From contig NC_086377.1 in NCBI RefSeq assembly GCF_036588685.1, positions 28,458,001 to 28,522,000 of the forward strand: DNA of 64,000 nucleotides. The letters run 5' to 3'. Source of the DNA: Mytilus trossulus (lineage: Eukaryota). The translations under genes were made by a program, and so were the position numbers. The notes under the pieces are model-generated. The model worked only from the letters and a program-made list of their open reading frames with translations, was not told the DNA's origin and searched no databases. Below are positions 1 through 14,300 of this stretch, in pieces (position 1 is the stretch's first letter; each line of letters opens with the position of its first letter).

Positions 1-1880
1 ATCTTCATTGCAAATATGTCAATTTACAAATGCAATTGTAGAACAACAAACATCTAGAGTTGCTTATTATTGAACCCATTAATTTTTAATTCTGTTTACG
101 ATTCTAAGGACAGTGCGAAAACAAGTGGGTCATTTTCAAAAAATGTCGATTTAGAAATTGCAAAACTGATTTTAAGTTTCTTTTTCAAACAATCCTCATC
201 GCTAGCAAATAAAAACAAACAATTCTTATAGAACAACATATAAAAAGATTCAATCTTGATTATATGTCATACAAGAATATTTTGAAACATTTTTTTGATA
301 GGGCGTAAAAACTTCTATATAATTTTATATTCATTCTGTGAAATAATAGATTGTCTGCCATTTGCCCATGTTGTACAGAAAAATGCCTCTAAAAATTGGT
401 TTTCAAATTATATAAAAATAGCAACCAGTAATGCAAGTCTAAATTTTATCTTTCTTTCAAATAAACCCAACATCATGTAAAACACTCGCATTTTGGTTTA
501 AGACTTTATAATCTTGAGATGAGTTCAAACAACGAAATATTTCATTATGTGTGCAACTAGATGTTATCATAAACTTTTTAAAGACGTTTCTGTCTGCTAT
601 TGTCTATCCTGTTACTGTAACCATATCAACCATAGTAAGTCCTAGTAACAGGATGGACATAAAGGATAGACATTTTTTTTCATTTTTAAATGCTGTAATG
701 AAATAACTACTCCCTTTGATGAAGTGATAATGATTTTCTGTTGTGATTTTGGTAATACAAAAGCACTATGTAGTATATGTCTCTGACAACACGTTATTGC
801 ACTTTTTACAAGTATTACATTGGTGTTATAAATCAATATGTTGTTTTAAAACAGCATGGACATGAAAAAAAAGTTCCACCATTTTTGTTCACCTAATGTC
901 TTAATATTTCTTTTATCTTCCCTGTTATGCAAGCGACGTGCTGTGTTCAATGTTTAGTTTACTTTGCACTTTTGAAATCATTACTGACTAGTTCAATATT
1001 CACAGGGAGAACAATTTAACGGCTGATTTAAGTAGCGGTAACAGCATTGCATCAGTTTGTAGAAAAACTGTTACATATAATAATAGCGAAGCTACGAGTT
1101 TTCATTAGAGTTATTATTAACGTTCTAAGAAAATACCTTATGCCGATACCAAGGCGATCAGAAATTGGCAAAAAATCATTTGAAATGTTTTATTCTGACA
1201 CTGTTCGCATATGAATTACTCAAACATTGGACTTAAATCTATTTCAATCTTATCAAAATAGATCTAAATCGTGTTTATTATTAATGTCCTGACTCGTAAA
1301 TGCTACACGCTTTCATTTAAACCCTTACAGCTCAATTTACATGATAAAAAAAATAGCATTGGTGTACTTAAAGCTCGACATTTTTTGAAAATGAGTATAC
1401 GTACAGTATTATAAACAAAAGAAATCAAACTGACAAAGCCCCCAATATTGGAATGCACAAATCAGGATCAAACATTAAAAAGCAGAGAGTGTAGATAATG
1501 AATCGATCTGATAAACATGTTGTGTTTTTTAATTCTAGTTCATTTATATTTTTTGCAGTTAATGTGACTTCCATTTTCAATGAACTAGTACACAGTTTTT
1601 TAGTGCTATCTTAAGCCCGCCTACAGGTGCGGGATCTTTTCGCCATGTTGATGACATATTGGTGGCCTTCGAATTGTAGGATTTGATTAAACCCGCATAA
1701 ATGTGAAAAATATTAAAATATAAGTTTTAGTTAGATGCAACATATTTCACATGTATACATGGTTTGTAAAGTTCAATAATGATTAACTTCGATATAATTC
1801 GAGGAAGTATTGCAATAATACTATTTGTACTTGTTTTGAAGTCTGGACTCAATTTTTTTCATCAAAAGATATTCGAATTG

Positions 1881-2380
1881 ATGAGTAATACTTTTTTGAA
1901 AGTTGTGAACAACTTATTTTCTTTTCTTATAATTAAAACATACGAATCAAATCCTTACCGCAATATAACGGAATATAGGACTGCCATCTCTTCATTTGTC
2001 CAGCTAGAAACACATCAAAAAAGAAATGGAATCAAATCTTCATCAAAAAGTAATACAAGATTTCAAGCAAATTCACCTCCATGCAAAAGACAGAGAAAGG
2101 AATCATTAACGACCAAGCTGTTAAGAAATACAACTGGTGATGTTTGTGAGTTTATCAGTATATTTGATTCAAATGCCCATGAAATGCTGATGAAAAAATA
2201 TAAAGCATTTGGTCCAGTTTACACATTTTCAGCTTTTGGAAAGAAAATGGTATTTTTATTTGAGGCGGATGATGTTGAGAAACTGAAAGCTGCTGAAGGT
2301 AGATACCCACAACATGTTGACTTCAAACATTTAAGGCGACACAGAGAGGACCAAGGATACCCAAAGGGACTCTTAATAAG
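1881..2380 (+). CDS. CYP exon 1
   Basis: Within ORF 1779-2384; encodes HEMLMKKYKAFGPVY...AEGRYP...GLLI; donor AG|gtaagt at 2381. Confidence 0.85.
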
Positions 2381-5300
2381 GTAAGTTGTGAACATTTCAT
2401 TTATCTAGCTACTCAGTTATTAGGTATAATCTGAAAAGCTAACCGAATACTGGCATGCGAACTAAAAATGTATTAAATCTAAGATTGGTAACATACTAAA
2501 CGCTTCCAAAATCTCACCATTGTAAGTTTATGAAACTCTAATGTTAAAAAACATCTTCCTTTTAAATTATAAAATTACGAGGATTAAAGAACAACCAAAT
2601 CAACAGCATTTGATTTGTTCGAAGAACTATCAAAAATTTTCCACCTTTGAGTTCAAAATTATTAATTTGTACGCTTAAATGGGCTGAAACTATAAAAAAC
2701 AATCAGTTGATTTTTATTAATTGCGAAACAGAAAGTTTTGTTGTTATACAAGTAAAAAGTCATGATCTAAATTGTGAGGCTTGCTCATGATCTCAACTGT
2801 AAGTCTTCTGGTACTATATAGAAGAAAATTGAAATTGGTTACTCCCAGTTTATGCAGAGTTTCTTTCTGTCATTGGACTGTCACTTGACAACAATTCAAA
2901 AATGAACTTTGATTAATGAAATATTGCGTAATAAACTATTTCCTGTTAACAAAATATTAATTAAACTTTCTTTATCTTGATGACAAATATATATATGGTT
3001 GTTTAGTATTGAATGGTATAACATCGAAAAGGATTTATTACCTGATTTGTATTATACTTGCCATGATATGATGGTTGCGACCAGCGTAAAACAATGTTTA
3101 GCCTTCTGTAGTATCAGAAAAAAAGGTGTTTTCGTGTTGCACATTCTTTTGTATTCTGTGTAGCGTTTTCTTGTAGGTTGTTTCTTATCTCTTTTTTGTT
3201 TTGTTATGCTGATATAAAACAAGGAGATGTGGTTTGATTTCTTTGTCGCACCATTCCTGCCAAGCCTGTGTATGAATATTCATATCTTCTAGTTTAGAAT
3301 ATTCCCTATCGTGATTTCATTGATAGAGAATTGAGTTTTAGAAGGAATCTTTTTTTAACCAAGAGTTCCAATTGTGACTTTAAGTCATCCTTTCGAAAAT
3401 TTTACGGACGCCATTGGAAGTTTGGTTAACCATTATGGAATATGTCGACTGATATATTCCAATTGATGCAACCACAATTGTGTCCTCTTTTCATCGATGA
3501 TTACATCGTCGAATATTTCCGAAGTTTAGCTTACACGAACAGCATGACGGGTGACACATGTGGAGCAGAACTAATTACCCTTCCGAAGCAGCTGAGATAA
3601 ACCCTTGTTGTTTTTGTTGGGGTTTACGTTACTCAATATAAAGTTTTCTAAAGTGCTTTGTCATTGTGCAGTCAGTGTGCCATTGAGTTGGAGTATCCCT
3701 TTAGTAACTTCAAGTTTCCTTAATATCTCTTTATTTTTTACATTAACTATTTTAACGCAAAAGACCAAATGGATTCATTAGTTACAAAATGTTCCAAAAT
3801 AAATTTTCCTTGGCGTTCGGTATTTTTGTTATTCTACTTAATGTATTATTTCAAACAATTCATACGTTTCAGAGACAATTATCACAACAAATGATGTAAG
3901 GATAACATCGTCAAATGTTCAACATCTGCGAATGAATCAGCTTTATTTGTTTTGGATTTATTCAGATTAATTGCACATTAATGACGTTTTTACCTATCTA
4001 ATCAGTCAGGGTAAATTAAAGGGTGCTGTGTTGGCCAAAATATGGGTTATCTTTATTTTCAAACACTTTTGATGAAATTGTATCATAATTTTTCAGTTCT
4101 TACTTGAGAACAGTTAAAGACCTAAAGTAATATTCAAACTTGTTTGTCTATGACAAACTGAGACCGCAAAAAAAAAGAAAGAAAGGGAAAAAAACAGTGT
4201 ACAATCACAATACTAGTATTGTAAACTTGAGACTGAGCAGCACAAACCTCACAAAAACTGACCTGTAAGCCCTCCGAAAGGATAAAAAGATCCTTCTCCA
4301 CATGTGATACCAGACGTGTTGTTCATGTAAATTAAAACTTGGTATTAAGTCACATTCATGGAAAAGAGAATAAGATTGTGAGTATTATAATTGGAACATA
4401 TGCGTTGTCATCGGTGAAACTAATATTCTATTACGGTCAACCAACGCGTGATTGCGTCCGTAAATTTTTTCAACGGGGTGACTTCAACTTCAACACTTGA
4501 AACCTTTGGTTGAATATATACATCCTTATAACAAGCCATTGCTATTTATCTTAAATCTCATTGGTATTTCATTTTAGTAATGACAATGAATGGTTATGTC
4601 AAAGGAAGATTTTAAGTAACCCAATGATGCTGAAGATTGGTCATCAAATTAAGCATTTAGAAGAAGTATGTCATCTGTTGTAAAATCGTGAGATAATAGT
4701 TAATGGTGAACTTGTTTCACTTTAGATATTTAAGTTTATGGGTCAAAATTTCTGACGAGAAACTAATTCGCATGTAAAGGACATTTCAGATTAACGTTCC
4801 GAGAATATTATAACCTTTAATTAAATGCACGATATTTGTTCGTCAAAAGAGCGCCGGACATGATGAAAGAACATCATACAAAAAAAAACCAGACTGGACG
4901 TCTGTTTGCCCTCGTCCATAACAACAACAAAAAAAAAGACTCTACGTACAGATCTAAGGGCACTCTCAGTTACTGACATCATTGACAAGTCCAGAGCCAA
5001 AAACAAATAATAAGAAAAACAATCATGTATCTAAGACTAAAATATCAATCAGTACACATCCAACATCCTATGGATTTAGTGGAAATACATCAATCAGAGA
5101 AAAATTAACAAAGGAATGATTTCATCTTAACCTCTTGTAATTCTTGGTTAAATGCTTCCTTGTGAGTAGCAACCCTTTATCAAGAAAATCATGATAGAAA
5201 ATACAAGCCCTGGAATATCATTTCATCTGGGAGATAAGTACTTAAATTTGATTGTTGCGTTATACATTTTCAAAATTCTGTAATATTTCAGCTTACATTA

Positions 5301-8300
5301 AAAACATTGGCAAATGCAGTTGAAGATTATACCATAAATGAATTTGGAACATTTGAAGTCGAACCAATCACAAGAGATTTCGCAATAAATGGTAAATTAA
5401 ATCAAAATTATTTTTTTTTCATCAACTATTTCCATTAAGATCGATAAAAAATAAAACTCAATAGTTTTCAAAGATACCAGACTTATAATTTGATACTATA
5501 ACAACGCACAGTGAATGTCGGCTACTAAATAAAATATCTCAATTTATATTATATTAATACATTTGTATATACAGACAAGAGCAAAAACAACTGTTGCGTA
5601 CAAATTGTAATATTGCGAACATGATATTTTAGATAGATTCAGTTGTTTACAATAGTTATCAAAAGTACCAGGCTTGTAATTTGATTCGCCAAATGCGCGT
5701 TTCTTCTACATAAAGACCCATCAGTGACGCCAAGACAAGTATTTTACGTACTTTTAATTTTGTGAACCTCATAACATCACTTTTCGTTTATAATCGACAA
5801 AAAACACCTTAAAGGGACACTGTAGTTACGAGATACATGTATATAAAAAATCTAAAGTATGCTTTTTTTATCAATCATAAATGAAAGTCAATTAGTGAAA
5901 TAATATATCACTTTTATCAGCATGAATTGTTAAATTTTGCCAAAATAAGCCAAGAAATATTGATGATGAATTATTCACTTGCAAGTGAATAATTCGACCT
6001 CGTTGAATCCGTATTCATGTGAATTTCAGTTTAACCCCTTACATAGAGATGGATAGTGCATGCAGTGTACGTGTTTGGTTATTTAAAGGAAAAGAATACC
6101 AACATTGAAAGTGAATCAGGTTAAATTCATTAATTTGATTTACTGATTCGATTCACAACATATCATTCTAAAAGGTAAAAACGATGATTTACATACATTT
6201 TAATCTATAACATGAAATAAACAGACATAGAAAAATCCAAATGCACGAGTCTGATATTTATCAATGTATATCTATATTTATGTTTATATCGCCTATATGG
6301 CAATCGAAGGACAGTCAATTACTCGTAGATGGCGTCTAGACTAAAATACACAGGAAATAACGCTACATTTCATCGAGCTCATGCGCGGTGTTTTGCTTAT
6401 TTAAGACTTTTTATAATTTGAATAAATGTTTTACATTGTTGTAAATCGAATATGAGTCAAATCGGTGAACATGAATTTGACAACTGATGACCATTTAAGA
6501 GCAATTTATGACCAATGCGCACATGGCAAATATATACAACCGATGCATGCTATGTGCATCGACAATACACTTTAAAGAAGGTACTAAATTATAATCCTGG
6601 TACCTTTGATAACTATTTAACATGTTGTTATAGATATGTATGTCCTTTTATTGATAGTAAGGATCTGTGTAACAGGATAGTCATGCAGTTATAGTATACT
6701 GCTATGTAAAAACTAAGAATATCCCTGTTACTTTTCGCTGTGCAATTTTCATAATTTTGGTTAAGCTATTTTGAGTACGACTTTTCATTTGTTGTTTGTT
6801 TTACTGCATGGTTTTAATGTGGAAGGCCTTTTCTTGGCCATGAGTATGAATCGACATCTGGTGTTAGACAAGTGGATTTCCGTTCGATGACGACTCTATC
6901 AAAATGAACTTAATATGGATCTAACTGCTAATATACGAAGATACTTATTATATTATTCATATTTTTGTTTTAATGTTTTAATTTTGCACATCATCATTCT
7001 TTATGCAGTTACTTCGGAAACATAATTTAAATATGGGTCAAATAATTTCCCGTATCAGTTGTTAACGAGTTTGACTGTCCCTTTGGTATCTTTGGTCCCT
7101 CTTTTATAGATATGCTTGAACAATTGGCTGGTCTTCCGGGCTTTAGTATTGTCTTTTCTAAAAAAAAATTATGCATTAGCTTTGCTCAATTCTGTCATTT
7201 TTCAACTGTTACATATTTTTTCTCCTGATTTTAGCATTCGGAAGTGTTTTGTATGGAAATTCTTTTGAATCAACATTTACACAGAATGGGAAGACAATGC
7301 AGGAATTTGCAGAAAAGGCAAAGTATGGTATTTTTACTTATTTTTAGTTTGGTAACCTATTGAAAAAAGCGGAATTCTGCAGGCATATCAGTTAAATAAA
7401 CTCATCATAGATAACAGTACTTAAATTTTACACTCACGCCAGACACGCGTTTCATCTAAAAAAGACTCATCAGTGACGCTCGACGCCAAATAAAGAAGGA
7501 AGTTGAAAAGCATTGAGGACCAAAACAATGTGTTCCTCCAACACTTATGTTTTTGATGATTGTTGTTTTTGCATCTGGTGTAAGTGAATGTTTTTCATAC
7601 CAAATTTGATTATACTTTCATTTTTTTTAATTCTTGGATAATAATTTAAAAGAACATTTCGTGCATACTGACTGAAATGTTTATACCTAGTAACATTAAC
7701 CTTCAGGAGTTCAAACATAATCAACACAAATTTCACACATTACGTCTTAAATATATTTATGTTGGCTTATATATATACAGCACCTCTGCTTTCTCCAGAT
7801 TAATTTTGCTACCAGACTTTTTTTGCAGTCAGAGAAGAGATAAAATAGAAATTTGGGCATACTATCAATAATTATTAGTGTGTCATTTTTATATTTGAAA
7901 ATTAAATATTATGTATCATCTTTCATCATTTTAATTCCTTTTGATATTATATAATTTTGGGGAACAAACTATTCTTGTTTGTCTATTCTATTAGAAATAA
8001 CTTTGACGATGCTAAGAAGTTATTAATTACACCAGAATGTATAATGAAGATGCACCCAGCGTGGAAACGTCACAACAATAGATGGAATTTTCTGCTGAAA
8101 ACCAGTTGGTATCAATCTTATATTACTCCACTCTAACAATGCACCATTGATCAAGAAGCTGCTTTAAAACTGTCAGAAATTTAAACATGAAATAATGTAA
8201 TCATTAAAAATCAATATATTCAATGTTTCATATTATGTCTTTCCAAATACGGACGATCAACAGAACACAATTGGTACGACAATAATTCATTCTTACATGT

Positions 8301-11300
8301 GTATTAGTAAAAACATTAATGATACAGTTTTACTGCACTCAACGCATATTTCGACAAATAATGTATCGTCATTGATGACGGAGGCAAAAATATTTAAGAA
8401 TTTCATAACTTATCACAGAATTGAAGAGCTGACAAAACAAAACAAGGACAAATAGTATAACTGAATCATTTATTGAAAAAAAACACCAGTTATGCAAAAA
8501 AGTTTTGATTAATTGTTAAAACAAAGTTGCTTTCATTGAATTTTCCATTCTAATGAGGTTAGTATAGTTGAACGTGTATTTATTTATAATATAGAAAGTG
8601 CTCTCAACCAATCAAACTGTGTGATCTAATGTATCTTGTTTGTGAGAACCAATGTAAAATCATTGTTCCTATTGTTTATGCCAACCATGGAAATCTTATA
8701 GTGGTATCTTTCGGGTCTGTTTCACATGACATAATGTGATTCGAGGGGAAAACGTTTGAAGTAGGGTTTCTCTCACAGTAACTAAAATTAAAAAAAAAAC
8801 GAAAGATTTAAAGAATAAACTAATTAATAACGTTTTATTATATTTCAACTAAACAAGAAGATTCTTCATAATTTCATCTTAATAATCTTCATTAGTTCTC
8901 CTTCAATGTAACACTACAGGACAAACTAAAATGTAATATACTTAGTTTAATGGTAAGTTTAACCGGCTGCATTAAGACGACAATGTTGAAGGCTCTGTTC
9001 ACCACAAGCAAATAACACTAGCAAATACTGTATTATTATTTTTTTTAGCAAACTTCGTTTTTTTAAATTATCTAATTGGCGACCCAGAGATGATTAATGG
9101 TTAAGGCAAATAATAACTTTTCATTACAGCTATGGATATGATCGAAAGGCATTCAAACGACACATCTGATTGTAGTATTCTGTCACATTTGTTGCAGAAC
9201 AGAAAACTTAACGATAAAGAAATCTACATTAATTTGACAGATTTACTGGTTGCCAGCATAGACACAGTCAGTTTAAAATAATGGAATCATCCAACCAACG
9301 TTTTTCTAAACTTCTTTACCCGGCCACGCCCACAATGTGTTTTTGTTAGATGTATTTCTATGTGTACCCATCTGATGAGGTTTTTTAAAACTGATGTGTC
9401 TAGTTCGTTCTTATGTTATACTGTTACACAATTGTCCAAGGTTATAGAGAGGATTGGGATACCGCTAACATGTTTAACACCACCACATTATGTGTGTATG
9501 TACCTGTCCAAAGTCAAGAGCCTGTAATTCAGTGGTTAGTGTGTTAGTTTGTTACATATTTGTTTTTCGTTCATTTTTTTTGTATATAAATTTTGCCGTT
9601 AGTTTTCACGTTTGAATTGTTTTACATTTGTCATTTCGGGGCCTTTTATAACTGAATATGCGATAAGAGCTTTGCTTATTGTTAAAGGCCATACGGTGAC
9701 CTATATTTGTCAATAACTGTTTCAGTCTTTGAAAGATTTGTCTAATTTGCAAACACATCATATCTTCTTTTTTATATTCAGACATTAAGGGTCTTGTAAA
9801 TGTTAGTGGCATAAGGCCTCTATTTTTCTTGTTTTATGTTTCAGACAAATACAACCTTACAATGGTGTCTCTATGAACTTGCATGTCATCCCGATGTACA
9901 GGATAACATTATTTCTGAAGCTGAAAGAATATTGGAAGGAAGATCAAGTTTGGAGAAGACAGACTTGGATAAATTAGAATTTCTCAGTGCTGTTCTTTGG
10001 GAAACGTTAAGGTTGAAACTCAAACTTGATTCATTTTGAATTTAGACAAATATAAAACAAAAACCAGATTTGTTATGCTTCATATAGTATCGATTCTTTA
10101 TTAAGGTCATACTTTTCAAGCCGATATCTAAAGTATACAATTGAAATTTACAGTATAAAATGCGAGACAGTTCTATTGATTGGAGCGAGTATGACAGCTC
10201 TATGTGTACTATAATGCCATCTGTAAGGAATTTGTTTTCTCTTACGTCATAGCTGTAAAAGTATCAAACATGAAAGCGTGGTATAACCTTTTCATTAAAC
10301 TCCGCATAACAAGAAAATAATAGAAAAGAAATTTGTTGATTTTTTTTTTACTTTTAAACTGGACATTAATAGCAGTAATGTTTTCCGATTTCATCCATTT
10401 GATTAAAAAACAAGTACTTCCATTTTATTCTTTTAGTCTAAAAGCTGATAACATTACAAAAGGGGTCATGTTTGATCACCCTTTCCTTTATTGTTTACTA
10501 TTAAACATCCAAAATGCTATTGGGGTAAATTGCGAAATATTTATTGATATAGCTAGTAAATTCAAAGTTATTTAAATTTCCGAAATCGATCCGATTTGAT
10601 GGCATGTTCGAGATGTAAACAATTATCATCTTAGCCAAATGGTAAGATTTATCACATCATACGTGTAATAAAAATACCGAACTCCAATGGAAAGTTTCTT
10701 AATTATTTGCAAAATTAAAAGTCCAAACACATCATACGAATATGAAACAACATTCATATTCTTGACTTGGTAAAGGGTTTTCCTTACGTAGAAATAGTGG
10801 ATTAAACCTGTTTTTGTAGTCACCTAAACATCTCGCTTGTATTAGTCTTGTATGTTCTGCTGAAATATTGATGACATTGAAAGGGCGGTATGTGACAATT
10901 GTTAAATATTCGTTGAATGTGTTAGAGATTTTGAATTTGCCAATTTGCTTAGGGACTTTGCGTTTAAAATTTTCCTCGGAGCTCGTTTTTTTTTTGTTAT
11001 TTCACTTTTTGTTGGAACTATCCTCATCTTTACTATATAGATATAGGAAGATGTGGTGTGAGTGCCAATGAGATTACTTTCCACTTGATATGGTTCGGAC
11101 CTGATCGTTACCAGTTTGTTTAAATTCTTCTGTGTCGTCATTTTGATGATAGATAACTCGTTTATGAATCAAAATTCATAAAAGTTATACCCCGGTGAAT
11201 AATAGGATAATTTATCGCTGTGTGAGAACTTTTATGGCTATTCGTGCTTCCATGTATTCAAATCAAAATTTACTTACAGCAAAATGAATTGATTCTGAAG

Positions 11301-14300
11301 ATAAAGGTAAAACCATGTATACCTTGCTAGTTAGCTGAACCGTCAAGTCATTATTATGTTAACTTTACTACCGTCCTTTCGGAGTTGTCTAGTCCTACAA
11401 ACATATAGTTTGGCTATCTGTCGGGCTAGTCTACTTTTTTAAGATGGTAGTATATCAAACCTTATAATGCATATGACTTCATATATTAGCTAGCAAGCAA
11501 GCTAACCAAAGAAATTACATTTACCTACACACTCAATGCATTTTGCTGTAATTATTCTACGTCAAGTGAGAATGTGTCACCCAATTAGCATTGTTAGGAT
11601 CTATGAAAGATATAATACTGTTTAAAATTCTCATTCAATGTGATTTTCTTGTTTTCGTAACAATAACCTTAATAACGTTACCTTTCTAACGTGACGGTAC
11701 CCAAATTGCACCTATTTTGACAGTTTTTTCACCTACGTTTTTTTATGATCAAGAAATAAATGTCATTAATGTGTCTATTTTGTAGCCCTATCCTTCTTTA
11801 TTGTATAGGTACGCCAATTTAACTTTTTAATCCATTTTGAGTCCTAAAAAAATGGATTTGAATCAACCTCCAAACTGTTCATGATTCTGTACTGAGGAGT
11901 ACCCAAATTGCATCCATGCTTAAATCCACATTGTCAAAAGTCTAATAACCGAGCTTTTGTTTAATTTTTTCAAATATTTTGAACAATTGGATATTAGTCC
12001 ATGCTTACTCTTCATATTTTACGAAATGGATACTTATAATATATTGTATTTGCTAATTTTCAAAAGATGACGTTTTGATGACGTCGCATAATGACGTTTT
12101 CGTACATTTTGTTTTTTCAGTTACAGTCCATCTGTTGATAAATACTGTGAACGTTTTGTGTATATCTAAATATGTTTACCTATGTTAAAAGACGTGCATA
12201 GTATCAAATCATAAAAATTCAATTTTTTTAGTCTCTAGGTAATCTTGTAAGATTTCCGTTGCTATTTTTTCTAAATAGGTGCAATTTGGGTACTCGGTGC
12301 AATTTGGGTACCCTTACGTTAGACATAACACTATGTTTTTAGAATATTTTCGAACTTTTAATTTCTTTAAACAGTACAATATCTCTAAACTGAACCTATG
12401 TTTGCTCTTAGATTGCATCCAGTTGGATTCTTTACAAGTCGCATAATAAAAGACTGCATGGAAGTGAAAGGTATTATGATACCACCTCAGGTAAGTATAT
12501 TGTTGTTCTACTGAACTATATTTTAAAGCTTATATAATACTACCGGTGGGGTGAAGATCTATTAAATACACCATTGTAGTCCTGACAACCCATCCGTGAT
12601 GAATTTTATTCCTTTTTTCTACTTTAAGGAATCTTCTAACGTTGAATGTATTTACAATTGTTCAAGACCCGACACTATTTAACGTCTGACATGTTATGCA
12701 GCCATTTGTAAATTGTTGAAAGAGTGCATATTGACTTGAAGATGTATTTTTGGTTACTGTTTATATATTATAAGGGTATTGTCTTAGGCACTTTGTCGTT
12801 TTTCGATATACATGTAGTGAAAGGAAAAGAAATCCGATTGATATCGTTTAGATGGTTATACATTCTTGCTTTACAAATATTCGACTTTGACCGTTCCTGA
12901 TGATGGTAAATCCAGAAAGCGCGTCGGACGCATGCAATAATGTGTTGTTTTCATAATTTACTGCACTGGATCGATACCACTGTTGGGGGTACTATCTGTT
13001 TCCGAGGATGTCATCAGCTCAGAACTTGATGCGACTGTCATAACCAAGAGTTTCAAATGGTAAATTTTACGCACGCCATCACGAGTAGGTTAACCGTTTT
13101 GGAATATCCGTTTCACATATGATATCAGATATTGTCCTTATGTCGTAACAACAATCCAGTTCCCTTCTCACGAATGTTACTTACCTAATTAGACCATTTA
13201 CCTGGTTTGTAATAACATGATCAACACGAAGGGTGCCACATATGGAGCAGGATCTGCTTACCCTTCCGGACCATCTGAGATCAACCCCAGTTTTTGGTAG
13301 GGTTCGTGTTGCTTAGTCTTTAGTTTTCTATGTTTTGTTTTGTGTACTATTATTTGTCTGTTTGTCTTTTCCTTTTTTAGCCATGGTATTGTCAGTTTAT
13401 TTTCGATCTATGAGTTTGACTGTCCCTCCGGTATCTTTTATACAAGTGAGAGGTTTAGCTATTTATATAACCAGGTTCAAACCACCATTTTCTACACAAG
13501 AAAATTACTGTACCAAGTCAGGAATTTGATAGTTGTTATCCATTCTTCATTCTCTGCTGTGCAGGGCTCCTCTTGAGCATTATCGCATTTATTTGGTGGG
13601 TTTAAGCTTTTGATTTTGCCTTTTGTTTGGAGACTTTCTGTTTTGAATTTTCTTCGGAGTTTTCTTCGGAGTTCTTCGGTATTGATATGATTGATTACAA
13701 ATCTTTCAAAAATTGTCAGTTTAAAATTTCTGAAATTATATGAAACTCAGGTTTTAACTTTTCGTCCCCGAGATTATCAACAGCCCAGTAGTAGTCAGCA
13801 CATGTGTTGACATGAATATCAATTATAATGTCTTTTTTTTAATAAATTTCCTGTTACAAAACTTTGAATTTTCGAAAAACTAATGATTTTCTTATCCCAG
13901 GAATAGATTACCTAATTATTAGTTATTACCTAACTTTTAGGAATTTTGAGTCCGAAATGCTCATAAAATTAGTACTTGTTTGGCTTTATCGCTATTTTGA
14001 ATTGATAGCGTCACTGATGTGGATTATGTAGACGAAACGCGCCTCTGTCGTAATAAATTATAATCCTGTTACCTATGATAACTATTAACTCACCAACCCT
14101 TGATTTTAAAAGACTGGGTATGTGCAGAATATTTGCGGAGCGTTTAAAAGATTTTAGATAATTGGATAGTCCAGTTCCACATTATTGGCATACATTAACT
14201 CAGTTATAATGTTTAGCATACACATTGTCAAGTATATGTCTGTTTCTTATTTGGTTGTGCATGAATACAGATTTTACTATAAGGCTTGGAACGAGAAGGA

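Noticed and set aside
7319-7350. Non-canonical GC donor (AAG|gcaaag) for CYP exon 4
   Set aside because: A canonical GT at 7323 gives the phase required by exon 5
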